This document shows positions 23,511 through 36,700 of a DNA stretch of 64,000 nt, in pieces; within the stretch, counting starts at the first letter, position 1, and the number at the start of each line of letters is the position of its first letter. Origin of the DNA: Takakia lepidozioides (lineage: Eukaryota > Plantae > Bryophyta). The notes below the pieces were generated by a model, which worked only from the letters and a program-made list of their open reading frames with translations, was not told where the DNA came from and ran no database searches. The stretch spans positions 29,512,001-29,576,000 of the forward strand of contig CM060734.1 of assembly GCA_030704615.1 (NCBI GenBank). The letters run 5' to 3'. Position numbers and translations under genes: made by a program.

Positions 23511-26500
23511 TTGTTGATTTATGCATGGTGTGTGAGGAAATTCTGGAATCTTGTTCTGTCAAGGTGAGAAGTGTCTCCTTTATGTTGATTTGGTTGTACT
23601 TTATTTTCACTAGCAGGCTGCACAAGAGCTTCTGCATGAGTAGGTGGGCATTATATATGTATGTCCTTTCAGCTTTCAACCCCATATCAAGGATCTCAAC
23701 AATGCTTGGGAAATTACGAATGTATTACAGATTAAGGGTTGATTCTGAGTGTCTTGTCGTGGATTGTCTACTAGTGAAGGTGAACTTGAGTCTGGAGCAT
23801 GACTCGGAAGAATTGGCTTTGTCACATCGTTGTAAAGTAGGCCGGGCCCTATCCTACTTCCCTTAGTGTTTCCTTTTGCTAGTACGCAGAATTAGAGACT
23901 TTTCAGTCCTCACCATGGATGGATGAAAGGAAATACGAATGGATGAACAATGAGATCGTCACAACTCGAACTATGGTGGGATCGTGGGCTGGCGGGATAC
24001 TGGAAAAGCTCGTAGAAGTATAGAGTCATCAGCGTTGAAGTCCTCATTTGGATTTATGTGTACTCTTTTTTAGTTAGCATTGCGTGTTTGAATAGAGTGA
24101 CATGTTGTTTCGAAATCTTACTGCGGAGAGGTTGAGTGGAGGCGCTGTTGGTAGGAATGTGAAAAGAAGATTGATCATTGAAAATGATGTGCCAGAGACT
24201 TTAGCTCAGGCTGAAGTCTCACCAGAATCTGCAAGCGAAGAGCAATTGCAAGGCACAAATGAGATTCCATCTGGTAGGTAACTAGCAGCTCCACTTTGTC
24301 GATCAAAATTAAGTCAAAATTGTTGGCATCAAAGAATCCAATCTTTGCTATTCTATTTAATCTGTTTTAATCCTTAGAATTGGTTGTGAAAATCTTGCAG
24401 CAGATCGCACCAATCAGCTCGCTGCTGGTGACCGCATCCTACTTCAGTCGTTGAAGAGAGTCACCCAAGAGCAACGGAAACAAATATCAGATTTGAGCGA
24501 GAGCGTCCGCATGGCCTTAGAGATTACAAGGGTTCTCCCCGAGTACCTTGATTGGGAATACATCAAGGTACATCTCTGTAGCTCTTTTTTCACTGTGCAT
24601 GTACAGATCTTGATCTTTGTTACAACATTACCTTCACGTTGTTGCTTGAGCACTTGTGTAGAAAAAAATGGCTGTCGTGGCCCGGGAGCTGATCCTTGGA
24701 TTCAGAGACGATGGCACTATCTACCCAACCTATATCCCTATCAGAGATGCTATTTTTGACTTTGTTTGGCGTTGACGCGTCTGACCGCGTTGGCCAGCAA
24801 CGTCTATTCTTGAAGCATTGGGGTTCTCAAACAGATTAGAAGGGAGGTTTACAAAAGCCGATTCTACGCTACATGAGAGATTACAGAGGGAAACTAACAA
24901 GTTTATTGCGTGAGGAATTGTACTATAAGATTAAGCTTCCAAAACAAAACAAAAAAACTAATGAGGAGCAGGGGTTGACTTGGAAAATGGGACTGGATGC
25001 TTTATTGGAGAGTGATGCTTGGCGCATTAGAGGGAGTGATCCTTTTGGTTGAGATGTTGTTCACTCTGCAGTTGCTGTGGTTATGAAAGGCCCACACCAC
25101 GATGATCAACCCGTTGAAGTCACACTTGAACAGGCGGGATTTTTTTTCCATGTGGTAAGTTGAGATAAGTATGTTGTGAATATAGATTCTGTTTGCATAA
25201 TCAATCATGGAAATTCTGACGCATATAATAAGTGTGAATGTATGCTCTTATGTCATCAACTAGTATTGATACAATGTTTATGTCTTCCTGCTGATGGAGC
25301 TTGTTATGCAAGGCAAGACGTTGGATGCTGGAAATCATCTTTGGGATTACCAGCATATGAAGAAAGCATAAGCCTTTCTTGCTCGATCCAGTGGAAATAT
25401 GAGAAGAGTCCTGATCGTTGACAAGGATGGAGAAGACAAACATTTGGCCATGGAGGAATAGCACCTGCTGCATATAATTCCTTTGTAGCTTGTAACATTT
25501 CTTGGATGGAAAATAGATGTAAAGTAGAAACTAAACATTCTTGAAAAGATTCCTTTGTTGCATTGCAAGGTGAGAACATGTGAACTTCGATGGTTGAACA
25601 ACTGAACTCATCGAATTGAACTGATTTCTTTTCTTTTTTCAGGGCTTCTTGTTTCATCTATTCAGTACGTTACTTGGGAGAGAGGATCATTTGATTGCCT
25701 AATTGAGGAGCTATTGCATGCATGCACCCCGATCCTGGGATTCTTAAGAGTGGTTGAGAGATTTGGTTCGCAGGTTGCCGCCTACGATCAGCTCCAGAGT
25801 TGGCCCACCTACGCCTCCTTCACACCGAATGACTGGTTATTTTGTTGGACGAGGTCTCTCTCTTATGGATTACCTGCTGTTTAGTTCTAGGAATACTACT
25901 GCTATCTTATGGAGGAAAGACTTGCAGTTTCCCTCTGGGAACATGTCTCCTTTCTAAGTCAACCCTGTTATTGCTTCCAATACAGTGTATCTATTTTTCA
26001 GTAAATCACGCTCCTTATCGCACATCCCCAGCTTAATCATGTAGGTATCGTCCTGGTTCTTGAAGGGAAGGCAGGTAAGTCTGCTTGAGCTGTGATAAAG
26101 GCAGTTAATGGGGATGAGCTCATATATTGAACAGGAGCAAGCTGAGGATGATGCTGTGCTGCTGGGTGCCAAGTTCTGTTCCGACACCTTTGCAAGCATC
26201 CAACTCAAGTCTGTTGAGAATGGCCTCGATTACTGCAGCTTCTATGCTAGGATCTCTTCTTCATCCCTATGAGTAGGTTCGAACTTGAAGTGTGTGGAGT
26301 GCTTGTGTCACTTCCATGGGATTTCAAGCTATCCTGTCTCTGGTCATCTTAGGATTGTACAGACTACAGTGCCTCGGTTTTGAGCTCTGGATTGATGGAG
26401 TATGAAGAAGATGGGGTTGCTTGAGTATTTGGATGTGAGTTGTGTGCTACATATATGCTCGGCAGAGAATAAGAGAGGTGAACATGGGCAGGTTGGATAA

Positions 26501-27233
26501 GAAAGGGGAGGTGGAGATGCAAGGGCAGCAGAACCATGTGAAGCAGCAACTCATGTGACTGTGATGATGCTGGCGACTCCCTACCGCTAGTGCTTTGGGA
26601 TGATGAGATTGTTGTCTCCAATCTCTTGAGATATGCCACTGTTCAAGGAAGTTAGCAAACAATCACTCATTTTGGCCTCAAATTCAAAATTGGAGGACCT
26701 TGTAGCCATTTCAAGGACATGGCCTTCTTCCTTTTCAGTAGCTAAACACTTTTGGTGAAAGAACTATGTTCAAATTTTGAGGTTTAGTAGTACCAAAGTT
26801 TGGTGCCCCTAAGTTATGTATACCGCATAGTAGAAAATTCCTATGATAATGGGTTTTTCTGGTTTTGCAGGTCTACTGTCCTTTTTGCATTCTTCCATAC
26901 CTTACATAAGCACAAGAAAATCCCTGATAAGACCTTCACATGTTATGGGTGTGAAAATGAGTCCATTTTGGGACATTTGAACCTTGTGCTATTCAAGACT
27001 CCTTTAGGACCCCTTAAACTTGTCAAATCACAAAAAAATTTATATGGGCATGACAAGAACTTCAAGGGCTTTCCAATGATATAATGTGTATGTGGTTTCA
27101 TACTGAACTCGATATCCTAAATTTGGATCGATTGTGCCATATGTGCTGGAAAACAATTTGTGACGTCTTTTTTGGGTCCTATTAGTGTGCTTTGACCCTT
27201 TGAACTTCTTGTCTGTGAACAACGTATAGCTTA

Positions 27234-27503
27234 TCAGGGAAAAGAGCTGAGAAGAGAGATGTGAAGCGCATAATAAGTAACGAGCAGCTTAGATAGTCGA
27301 CGGCCATCGATAAGAGTGGTATGAGTGAGAGTCCACTTCCTTATTGACATTAGCATTCCATCCACACATCCAGCAACTGCAGTCACTATCACACCAACAT
27401 GATCCTCTCCAAGACTCTCACCGAGAATAGTCTCCTCAGGATAGCATGCCTCAATCATGCCCTGGCCAATAACGTCATTCTCATCATTAAGAAGCCTGCA
27501 CAT
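27234..27503 (-). mobile_element. CACTA TnpA-like (Tnp1/En/Spm-type) domain fragment
   Basis: CRLL...VIGQGMI...P...LGESLGEDHVGVIV pattern. Confidence 0.4.
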
Positions 27504-27544
27504 GCGTTGACACCAAGCATCTCGTCCGAGTATTTCTTATTATT

Positions 27545-28500
27545 TACTAGCAAAATCCAAACAAAAAAAAAACCTATGATAACACACACACACACATATA
27601 TATATATAATTAAATATGATTATCAATATATGAGGCAAGGTAGTTTGTTTTGTTTTGTTTTGTAGCGTTGAGATGTCCCAAACTGCGGGGCCTAACCCTG
27701 GTGCTTGGTACCGTTGGAAAGCCCTCGATGAGGAGGGGTGCACCGACTTGGTCTCATAATTTTTGGTCTTGGACTCAGATGACACTGGATACTTGAGCCA
27801 ACTACACAGGCTACCCTAGTTTCATATTAAATTCAAACCCATTTGATTTTTTACCAGCAAAATCCAAAAATTACATAAAGTAAACATGGTAACATATATA
27901 CATAAATATAATTAAATATAATTATCAATATATGAAGCAAGGTAGTTTGTTTTGTTGTGTTTTGTTTCGTTTTGTAGCATTGAGATGTCACAAACCGCAA
28001 GGCCCCAGCCTTGGTGCTTGGTATCGTTGGAAAGCCCTCGATGAGGAGGGGTGCACCGGCTTGGTCTCATGATTTCTGGACTTGCGGTGTGGGAGATATG
28101 GAATTTCAAGTACTTTTGGTTGCTGGAAATTCGCGAAAAATAGCAAAGCAGTCTTTCCTGCAACAATGATTGGCCCTTCAATTGTCTTTTGTGCCCGTGG
28201 ACATAAATATAACTCGGGTTTTTTTAAAACACTGACGTTCACAATATTGTTTGTAGTGTCATTGAGATCTCCCAAACCACATGACCTTTGGCCACGATTT
28301 TGATAACGTTGGAAAGCCCTCGATGATTAAGGGTGCCGACTTGGCATATAAGATTGCACTTGGGCTTAGATGGGCCTCAATATAGGAAATATACTTGGAT
28401 ACATAGGAAATTGCACTTGGTCTTAGATATGGAATTTCAAATACTTTTGGTTGCTGGAAATTCGTGGAAAATAGCAAAGTGGGCTTTCCTGGAACAATGA
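27545..28500. repeat. Three diverged ~300-bp repeats containing cgttggaaagccctcgatga
   Basis: Core recurs near 27712, 28025 and 28307; blocks 28095-28170 and 28425-28500 are also duplicated. Confidence 0.8.
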
Positions 28501-28931
28501 TTGGATATATTACTACTCAATAAATTCACTCCATGTAACATGCAAATTTTCTTGGACTGGTGTGTGTAAGACCAAGTCGACAAAGACCTGGCAAATGCCA
28601 ATGCAGGGGTCACATGCGATGAAGAGGATTTGGTCTCGTATTTAAGTGTTAAGACTATGACGGTGAATGACAAATTTGAGACATTTAGATGCAAAGACTC
28701 AACTGCTCTTGCTCTTGACCTAGCGGGCATGGTCGGTATCGTGGTGTGAGCAATGCTTGCGTGAGTGAACACAGACTACCTCGTGAGCTCGTCATGGGTG
28801 TAGGGTTATGAACCATGTTTCGACATAGGAGCCACAAGGCAGTTACAGGGTACTTCAGCATAAATAGGAGAATGTCAGGGGCTATGTTGGAATCAATAAT
28901 TCCATTGTTGCTTCCTGCAACCACTTGTTTG

Positions 28932-29533
28932 AGGATCTTTTTTAATAATTGGAACGAAGGCATGAAACTACATAGCAAACTATCTATTGCATTGTTTTTA
29001 AGAAGTAAAAAGTTGGGAATCCCCATAAAATTTTCCTTACAATTATTGGAGGAAAACATTAAACTTAAACCCTCAAAGTGGCAGACAACTACAATTAAGT
29101 CACTGTACATGCTTATGTCTGCTTTATTTAATTGTACGTTGTCTGCCACTTTGAGGGTTTAAGTTTAACGTTTTTCTCCAATAATTGTAAAGAAAAATTT
29201 ATGGGGATTCCCAACTTTTTACTTCTTAAAAACAACGCAAATGCATTGTTGATAGATAGTTTGCTATGTAGTTTCATGCCTTCGTTTTTTTTTTTTTTTT
29301 TAAAAGGGAAACACCTGGGAGCGACAGCTCACAAATCAGGCCCTTTAATAGTGAGAGGAGAAAATAACCTCTTTCGCAGTAACCCGCCATGAGGCGTAGG
29401 AATGGGGCACCACCCAGGAACCATACCACACCTGTCAGTAGCAAGATTTGATCCCAGAATCGTCTGGGTGGCTCTCAATGCACTTAACCAACTGAGCTAG
29501 TGACTGTTGGTTCCAATTATAAAAAAAGATCCT
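28932..29533. repeat. Long inverted repeat (foldback/MITE-like) with a SINE inserted in the right arm
   Basis: Left arm 28932-29098, loop 29099-29127, right arm 29128-~29286 plus 29510-29533. Confidence 0.9.
29285..29509 (-). mobile_element. tRNA-derived SINE with poly(A) tail
   Basis: Minus strand: A-box TAGCTCAGTTGG (29499-29488), B-box-like GGGATCAAATC (29455-29445), A17 tail (T run 29285-29301). It interrupts the inverted-repeat arm. Confidence 0.8.
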
Positions 29534-30179
29534 TTACAGTGAATTAATAATTGAAGTATCTAGTCCAATATGTACCCCAATCGTTCCAAAAAGAAAAATA
29601 AAGCAAAAAAAACTCTGTGATATATACCGGAAATGAACAAAACAAACAAAAAACCCTGCAATGGCCAGTAGACATCGAACCGGGTGTTTGGAAGTCGAGG
29701 AGGAGGGAATACTCTCTTAGCAAAACCTAGTACCATGCCCCTATCTAATTCACTTGGGTGCCCCATCACAATGCTTTATCGAGTTGAGCTACCAACTGAT
29801 AATATCAAACAATGGTCAAGAGTCAAGTGATTTTAAGTGGGAAGCGTTTAGAGTACAAATAGAAGGCCTCATTGTGGTGTGGTGAGTAGGACCCATTTGT
29901 GGTGCACACATGCAGTACCACAATGGTGACCCTTTGGATGCACATGATAGGCCACAAAGAATGAACCATCTTATCCTTGCTTTACATTCAAATTATCCCA
30001 GGTCGATGAACTCCACTGAAAATTGTTCCATCTACAAAATGATGCCAGGGCATATAACTAAGAGCTTTCCAATGATATGTTAATTTTAAAAAATGGTCAC
30101 TATTGAAGCTTTCCAAAGAGAAATATCACTACAGTAGTACACCATGACGAGCACTTATCTTACACTCAAATTTCTCTAG

Positions 30180-30560
30180 GTAGATGAACTTTATTGAAAG
30201 TTATTCCAACTACAAGAAGATGGGGCACGGCACATCAAGAGCTTTCCAATGGCATCTTCTAAAATGGTTACATTCCCAAGTACCAAGACACATGTTCATC
30301 CATTGAGAATTGTTCCAACTACAAAAAGATGGGGATCAAGAGCTTTCCAATGGCATCTTCTAAAATGGTTACATTCCCAAATACCAAGACACATGTTCAT
30401 CCATTGAGAATTGTTCCAACTACAAAAAGATGGGGATCAAGAGCTTTCCAATGGTATCTTCTCAAATGGTTACATTCCCAAGTACCAAGATACAAGTTCA
30501 TCCATAGAATTGTTTCAACTACAAAAAGATGGGGACACCGAGAGCTTTCCAATGGTGTCA
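30180..30560. repeat. 101-bp tandem repeat (3+ copies)
   Basis: gctttccaatgg at 30241, 30342, 30443 and 30544; degenerate copy near 30064. Confidence 0.9.
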
Positions 30561-31176
30561 TTCCGAAGTACAAGCAACATGGATGAACCTAGTCATGTTC
30601 AAGATAGCGTAAGGTGGGCCAAATGCAAGCCACATGCAAATACGAACCTTTCTTGCCACACCTCCATTTTATCATAAAAATTGACAATGGAACAGCCAAC
30701 TAGACAAATTTAGCCTATTTAAAAGAAGAACAATAACAATAATGTAAAAAGGTAATGCACACATGTGATCTGCTGAGACTCTCTTCGGATTGGCAGCGTC
30801 CTCTCCTTCTTCTCCTATAGGGCCCATATCAAATCTTCCCCACCATGGTTTCACTATTAAAAATGTGTGGAAGCAAGCATAAACTATGGTGTCTTTTGAC
30901 CCCCCCAAGAGTTACTACTCTACGGTGGAAGGTGGACACCATACACCTTTATGACATCCAACATGTGGTTTGAACCCACAACCACTACTAAAGCTATGTA
31001 TGACCTTACCACTATTAAATACTTTAAATGCGGGAGGTTGCTAAGCAGTGGTGAGTAGCACCCGCCTAGCTTTATAGAAAGACCCAAGTGGGGTGACAAG
31101 ACAAAAGGGTAAAACTGTCCCCAAGAGGAGAAACAAAATGTTATAGGGCTAGATAGATTCACAAAAAGAAATCAAA

Positions 31177-31530
31177 CTATTCTAGTATCATGTACTGTCG
31201 GAAGAAGGTCAGACAATAGAAAAGAGGATGGGTCAGACAGTGCCGGGAGCCAACCTTTGTCCGATGTAAAATAGAGAGAGCTTGAGCCTTTTGTAAAGCA
31301 ACATAAACTCGTTGTGTAAAGAAAGCTATAAGAACAGAGACGTTTGGGTTTCCAATGCTATTGTTTTCCGCTGCTTGATGGGTACATCTGCGAAGGAAGT
31401 CATTGAACTGATGATGCAAATAACCGAAGATCTCGATTGCCAAAGAGAGGAATGTGTTGGTGGGATGACGTTACCAATAGTTGCGCTCCTTCTGTGCAGC
31501 TAGTGAAGCAGCAACTTCATGTGATGAGGC
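31177..31530 (-). mobile_element. 3' fragment of a CRE-like non-LTR retrotransposon (restriction-like endonuclease C-terminus)
   Basis: AAQKERNY...FLSLAIEIFGYLHHQFNDFL...FFTQRVYVALQKAQALSIL pattern. Confidence 0.65.
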
Positions 31531-33726
31531 TGTGCGTGGGGGAGATCTGATCTGATAGTACTAGGTGGTGAGTACTCTACTCGTATAGCAATGGCAATGG
31601 AGGTGTAATTTGATTTTTGGATAGTGTAATCCCTTATTGCATCACCCTGACTCTTCTCTTTTGGGTTGTGTCACCCTCTCTGTATGGTGAAACTCCACTT
31701 AATATATTTTACACAGTCAAATTTAGACAGTCAAATTTTGAGACTAACTACCTAGTGGGTGTTACACCAAATAGAGTTGCACTCACCACAATGTTGCCAT
31801 TTTATTGGAGCTACACTCCCTTCAGTTCCACGTCACTTTTGAGAGGGGATGGGGAAGATTTGACATGCGGGGGCCACCATCCAGTCACATATCGCACGCG
31901 TGCCGCCTTAAGTTCTTAGTTCTTACATTATTCCTGGTGCGGCTGCTTAGTAGCCGGAATTTACGCCATGTAGAACTGCACTGGCATGGGTAATTTCTAG
32001 TTTCTACCCGAGGGTGGAAAGTACACATTCCGTGCTGCGGTAATACTAACTGCAGTCTCGGACGAGGCCGCTCATTCATTCCACGTTCAGATTGCATGCT
32101 GCCGTGCCGTCACCCGGCCACGCCGCGTGCCAGCTCTGCACGCTGCCGGATGAATGCATCGTATCCATCCCCATCGCGTGTGCTTTTCCTTACTCAGCTC
32201 CTTGCGTGTGCCCTCCCATACTCCCACTTTTACTGCGACTCACCGGGGAACGAGTCAACCACTACCAGACGAATAACCCACTTTACTGCTTCAAATTTAC
32301 TCACCACAGATGAATATATGCACATTCCCCATGCACACGCGGATGAATAATCTCCACATCCGCATCCGCATGTAATATCCAAGAATCCAATAAAAGAGGC
32401 TGGCTAAAAATAACTAGAGCCCGCCAATGATATCAAAGGTTCAGGCCGCCGGGGTCAGGGATGCAGGTCAAAGAATCGGGATCTTTGACCCGGTTCACGC
32501 GGTCATATTGCGCACGGGTCTGCGCGTTGCAGGCGCCCCGCGCGGGGCCCCTGCATGGCGGGGCCGGGCGGCGAGACCGGGCCCGGTCTGCCAGCTTGTT
32601 TGTTAGGCTGTTTTTAACCGTGGTTAAGTTGTGGATGGCCTGAAAAGAAAAAGAGAAAGAGGGGATACGGGGGGCGCAAGGAGGGCGGCGATTGGGTGCG
32701 AAGCGTCGGACAGTCGCCGGGAAGCGACGGCGGCTAGCGGGGAACGGAAATGTGCGATCTGAAAAGGCACAGTAAGCTTCCGTTCAACTACCTGCCACGT
32801 GTCGCAGAACAGCGCTAAACGGATCCTTGACTAACCTGGGTTGTGCGTCGCTCGCTTTGCTTTGTTGGGCTCGCTGGCTGTGTGTTGGCACAGATTGTCC
32901 CTGCGTCCCCTTCTTCCTCCCCCACCCCGGGGCATCAGTCCCGAAATCTGCAGCACTTGTGTGCAGGAGGAGAGGATTTTTAGGTTTTTCTTTTCTTTTC
33001 CAGTTTTGTTTTGTGCGGATCCTTGTGGATCTCGGTTTCTTCTGTCCCCGCATTGCAATCTTTCCCCGAGTTCTTCAAATTGGTGCTCTTCTCACCTTGT
33101 CTGCCTTTGTCTTCCTCTTACTAGTGGATCTTTCTCTCCAAATTCCTCCACGGGTTAGTTGTGTCTCGGAAACGAGCAGGTTTTACCCATGTGCTTTTGG
33201 AGTTGCTGGCCATTCCCGCCTCGATTGCTGGTCACGTGCTTGTCTGGCTACCACATTCCGGTTAGGTTATTCCTGTTCACCGTCTCTCTCGTGTTTTGTA
33301 TGAGAGAATGCAGTGGTCGTGGAAACTCTGTAATTATGTGCAGCTGGGGTACGAGGCAGGGGTTTGGGTATCTAGGACGAATTGTCGATCAGCCAATTTT
33401 AACATCGTCATGTTTTTCCTGCGGTAATTTGTATGTTTCATTGGCTCATTTTGACAACTCAGTGTAATTCTTTCTCTATTTTCCTTTGCCCTTTGCCCTG
33501 GCCTGCCGCAGCCTTCCTTGGTTCTCCTCTCCTAACCGGGGATTCAGTAGATTTTTGCAAAGTCTCCAAAGCTTTTCCTTTTGGAAGACAAATACTGAAT
33601 AATTGCTCTTTCACTGAGGGTGTACGAGGATAGGTCTGTCCGTCTGCATCGCTGATATGTTTGCACTATTGCAAGGTTCTGTAGCAGTTAGGGGCCTCGA
33701 AGGGGAAGGGAAGAGGACGACACTGG

Positions 33727-36700
33727 ATGGGGAAGAAGAGCGGGTATATGCCGGAGACACCTGTCTTCCTGGGGACTACGAATGTCAATCAGGCACGCAG
33801 GCAGCGACGTTGGCGTCTCGCCATTTTCATTTCGCTTTGTAGCATTGACCTTGTGCTTGCTGTGGTAAGAGTTACTCGAGGATGTTCTAATGTTTGAAGG
33901 GAAATAAAAATTTCCGATGCTCTGTATCCCCTTATATCAATGGCCCCAACCATATAGATGATCAATGAAGGACGGTGTTGTTGGGCTGGCTAACCTATTT
34001 CGGCATTCTATATCAAATCAATGAATTCTTTTGTCTATTTGCCCTTTGCTTGTCTCTCCAGGTGCTAAATGTTCAAGGACTTGTAGCTCTGGTTTTATAT
34101 TGACTTAATAAATGTGGTACCAGCTGTGGCGGCGGTCCTTTCCATTCAATCAATTGTTTTTCGATTATTAAATGGTGCTTGTCTTTGTCACTTGGGCAGC
34201 ATTTTCTGTTTGAATCTACGTCATTTCGAATTTGAGTTGATGTTTCATTCATGCACTGCTACAGCACTAAGACAGTAGCTAGAGGGTGTCACCCCTTCCA
34301 CCCCTCTTCATTGCAGACCAGTAATTCTGAATGGGAACTCTGAGTTGAAAAGAGGGCTGGATGCCTGTCTCTTGCAGCTCTTGTTCTTGACCGTGCATCT
34401 TTGGAGCGCCAAGAATGATTTCTCATTGAAAGGGTTATGGAATTCGATCACAAATTTTACTACGGATACCTTGGATCTAGTTCTACTCAGTCTTTTGCGG
34501 TTGGCGAGCCTTTCGGGCCTTGCCTACTTAGGGAGCGTGCTGTCATGGAGAGAAGCTGTCATGAAAGAGAGTGGGAAGAGCAGCAAACAGGTCCCGAACA
34601 CAGATGGGAATATTAATGTTAAGCCTCAGACTAATGGGAGACAACGAAATGGAGACATTAGGGAGCCCCTATTGATCAAGAGGGAGGTCAAGAATGTCAA
34701 TGCTCCTACTACCACATTTGAAGAATGGTTTTCAGGCTCATCCAAGAAAGACATTGTCCTCTTTGTTGTGTTTTTACTCTGTACTTGTTTTCAGGTACAC
34801 CCTTCTAGGTGGCTATCTTCATTTTGTGCTCTCCTTTTGTTTCCCTCATTGTCTTGATCTGTGTATCTTGTCACAGTCCTTGACCCTGGCTAGTGAGTAA
34901 TTTGCTAACAGAGATTTCACGGAAGCAAATGCAGGGGATGATGTTCTCACAAAGCTAGTTAACCCCCACTCTCCTTTGTTGGATACACCTGCGTCCTCTC
35001 TTTTCCCACCCTCCTTGGCCCTTTCATATGCCCTCTTAAGAGTCTTGTGTCTTTGGAATCCATTCTCCGTGCTATGTTTTGATGTTTATGTGGGTGTTCT
35101 TGTGTGAGTGCAGGCATATGTGGGGGCGAAATGCGTGGGTTTCATTTTCGATAACATGCATAGGCTGTTGAATGTGCGTGTCGAAATATGGCAAAGTGTT
35201 TTGATGGGCTCTACTGTCATCTGGATCAATTTGGAGAGCTGCGTATTGACACGTGTTGTCGATTCCAATCGTGTTCTGGGTCGTGCCCTCTTTCTGGATG
35301 CCAACCGTGCTGCCCAGAACCTGGAGGACCCTCGGGTCTTGCCTCGCACCAATATGTATGGGTACATTTGCTGTTGCTGCTTGATGTGCACAGAAGATGT
35401 GGGAAAATAGGAAGGAGGTGTTGAAGAGGTGGGAGAGAACCATAGTAGGTATCCCCAACAGCCGGGCTTGCACGTAGCTTCTGAATTTGGAAACTAATCC
35501 TGTGTACATCTTATGAATGAGGTTGTACTGATCATGAGGTATTATGAGGCACATCCTTTGTTCCCTCTGGCTCCAGCACTGTCTCCATGATCGAGAGCTG
35601 ACACTCACGCAATTAGATACCGGCAAATTGCTTTCCTTCATGGTTGAGACAATAGTGAAAATCAAGCCTTCTATGCAGTATTGCAGAGGAAAGGATGGGG
35701 AGGGAGAGGAGAGAGTGGACAAGTGAGACCACGTGATATCTGCTGCTCATTAGAGAATGGGACCTGGATATATATGCCATGAAAGATTTGGCGTCTCTGA
35801 CGTTGTCTATGTTCTGAGCTTGTATGGCAAGATGTAGCTGGTCTTCAATGACCTTTTTCGGGTTGGAGGGACTAAAATCCGGCTCACATCAGGTTAAGCA
35901 ATAAACTTACGGTTGGATGGGGTTGATGGCTGGCAGCAACTTCAGCCCTGCCCAAACGCAGGAGTTAAGTGATGAAGGGACCTTGAGAGGGGACAAGGGA
36001 GTGAAAGATGAAACTGAGGTGGACCAGAATAGCTATTTGTTCCGTGCCATTTCACTGGCGAAGGGGGAATGTCTTCTCCTTTCATGTGCTTTCCTCTGCC
36101 TTGGGGTTTCATCTGTCTCCAGCTTGATATTGCCCAATTACCAGGTCAGTCTACTCTCAGCTTGTCTACCCTTCTTTTTAACTTGGTGACTTTGAAGCTG
36201 TTTTTCTGTTGCAGGGGGGGAAACGGGGTATAACTCAAGCTTCAAATTAACATTTATGATAATGCCAAAGGGCCCCTACATCTGGCTGCTGCACCATTTT
36301 CCTTGAAATTAAGACAGAGCCTTCAGCAAGCGACTGACCTGGAAGCGAGAGCCAGCTGTGAACCATGCCAAGTATATGGAGAATTTAGGAGTACCTATCT
36401 ATCAAAACGGTCATGTCAAAGAATCTTAAGAAAGGCCTATACTTGTCTTTTTGCAAAATAGCCTGTAATCGCCTCCTCATCAAAGAAGGAAGATGTGCCA
36501 AGGAGTCAGCCATGATCTCTTCAAGTCAAAATGCTGTCCTTGAGTGGCCCTCTGACAATTTTCACTTTTTATGTGTGCAAACCTATACTTATCGTTCCCA
36601 TGTTTCACATTTGGTGCAGGGGCGGATATTGGATCATGTCATTCAAAGGGCAGAAGATTTGTTTAGGAGGGATGTACTGTTGTTGATAGCCTTCAGCTTG

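Noticed and set aside
28685-29392. Mirror-image ORFs on both strands
   Set aside because: Artefact of the inverted repeat.
29440-29505. tRNA gene
   Set aside because: A/B boxes only; no convincing cloverleaf, and it is followed by a unique body and poly(A), as in a SINE.
32784-33467. ORF cluster upstream of the ABCB gene
   Set aside because: Pyrimidine-rich 5' UTR or leader-intron-like sequence; no protein signal.
35072-35722. 216-aa minus-strand ORF
   Set aside because: Antisense to ABCB exon 3 with no recognisable motifs.
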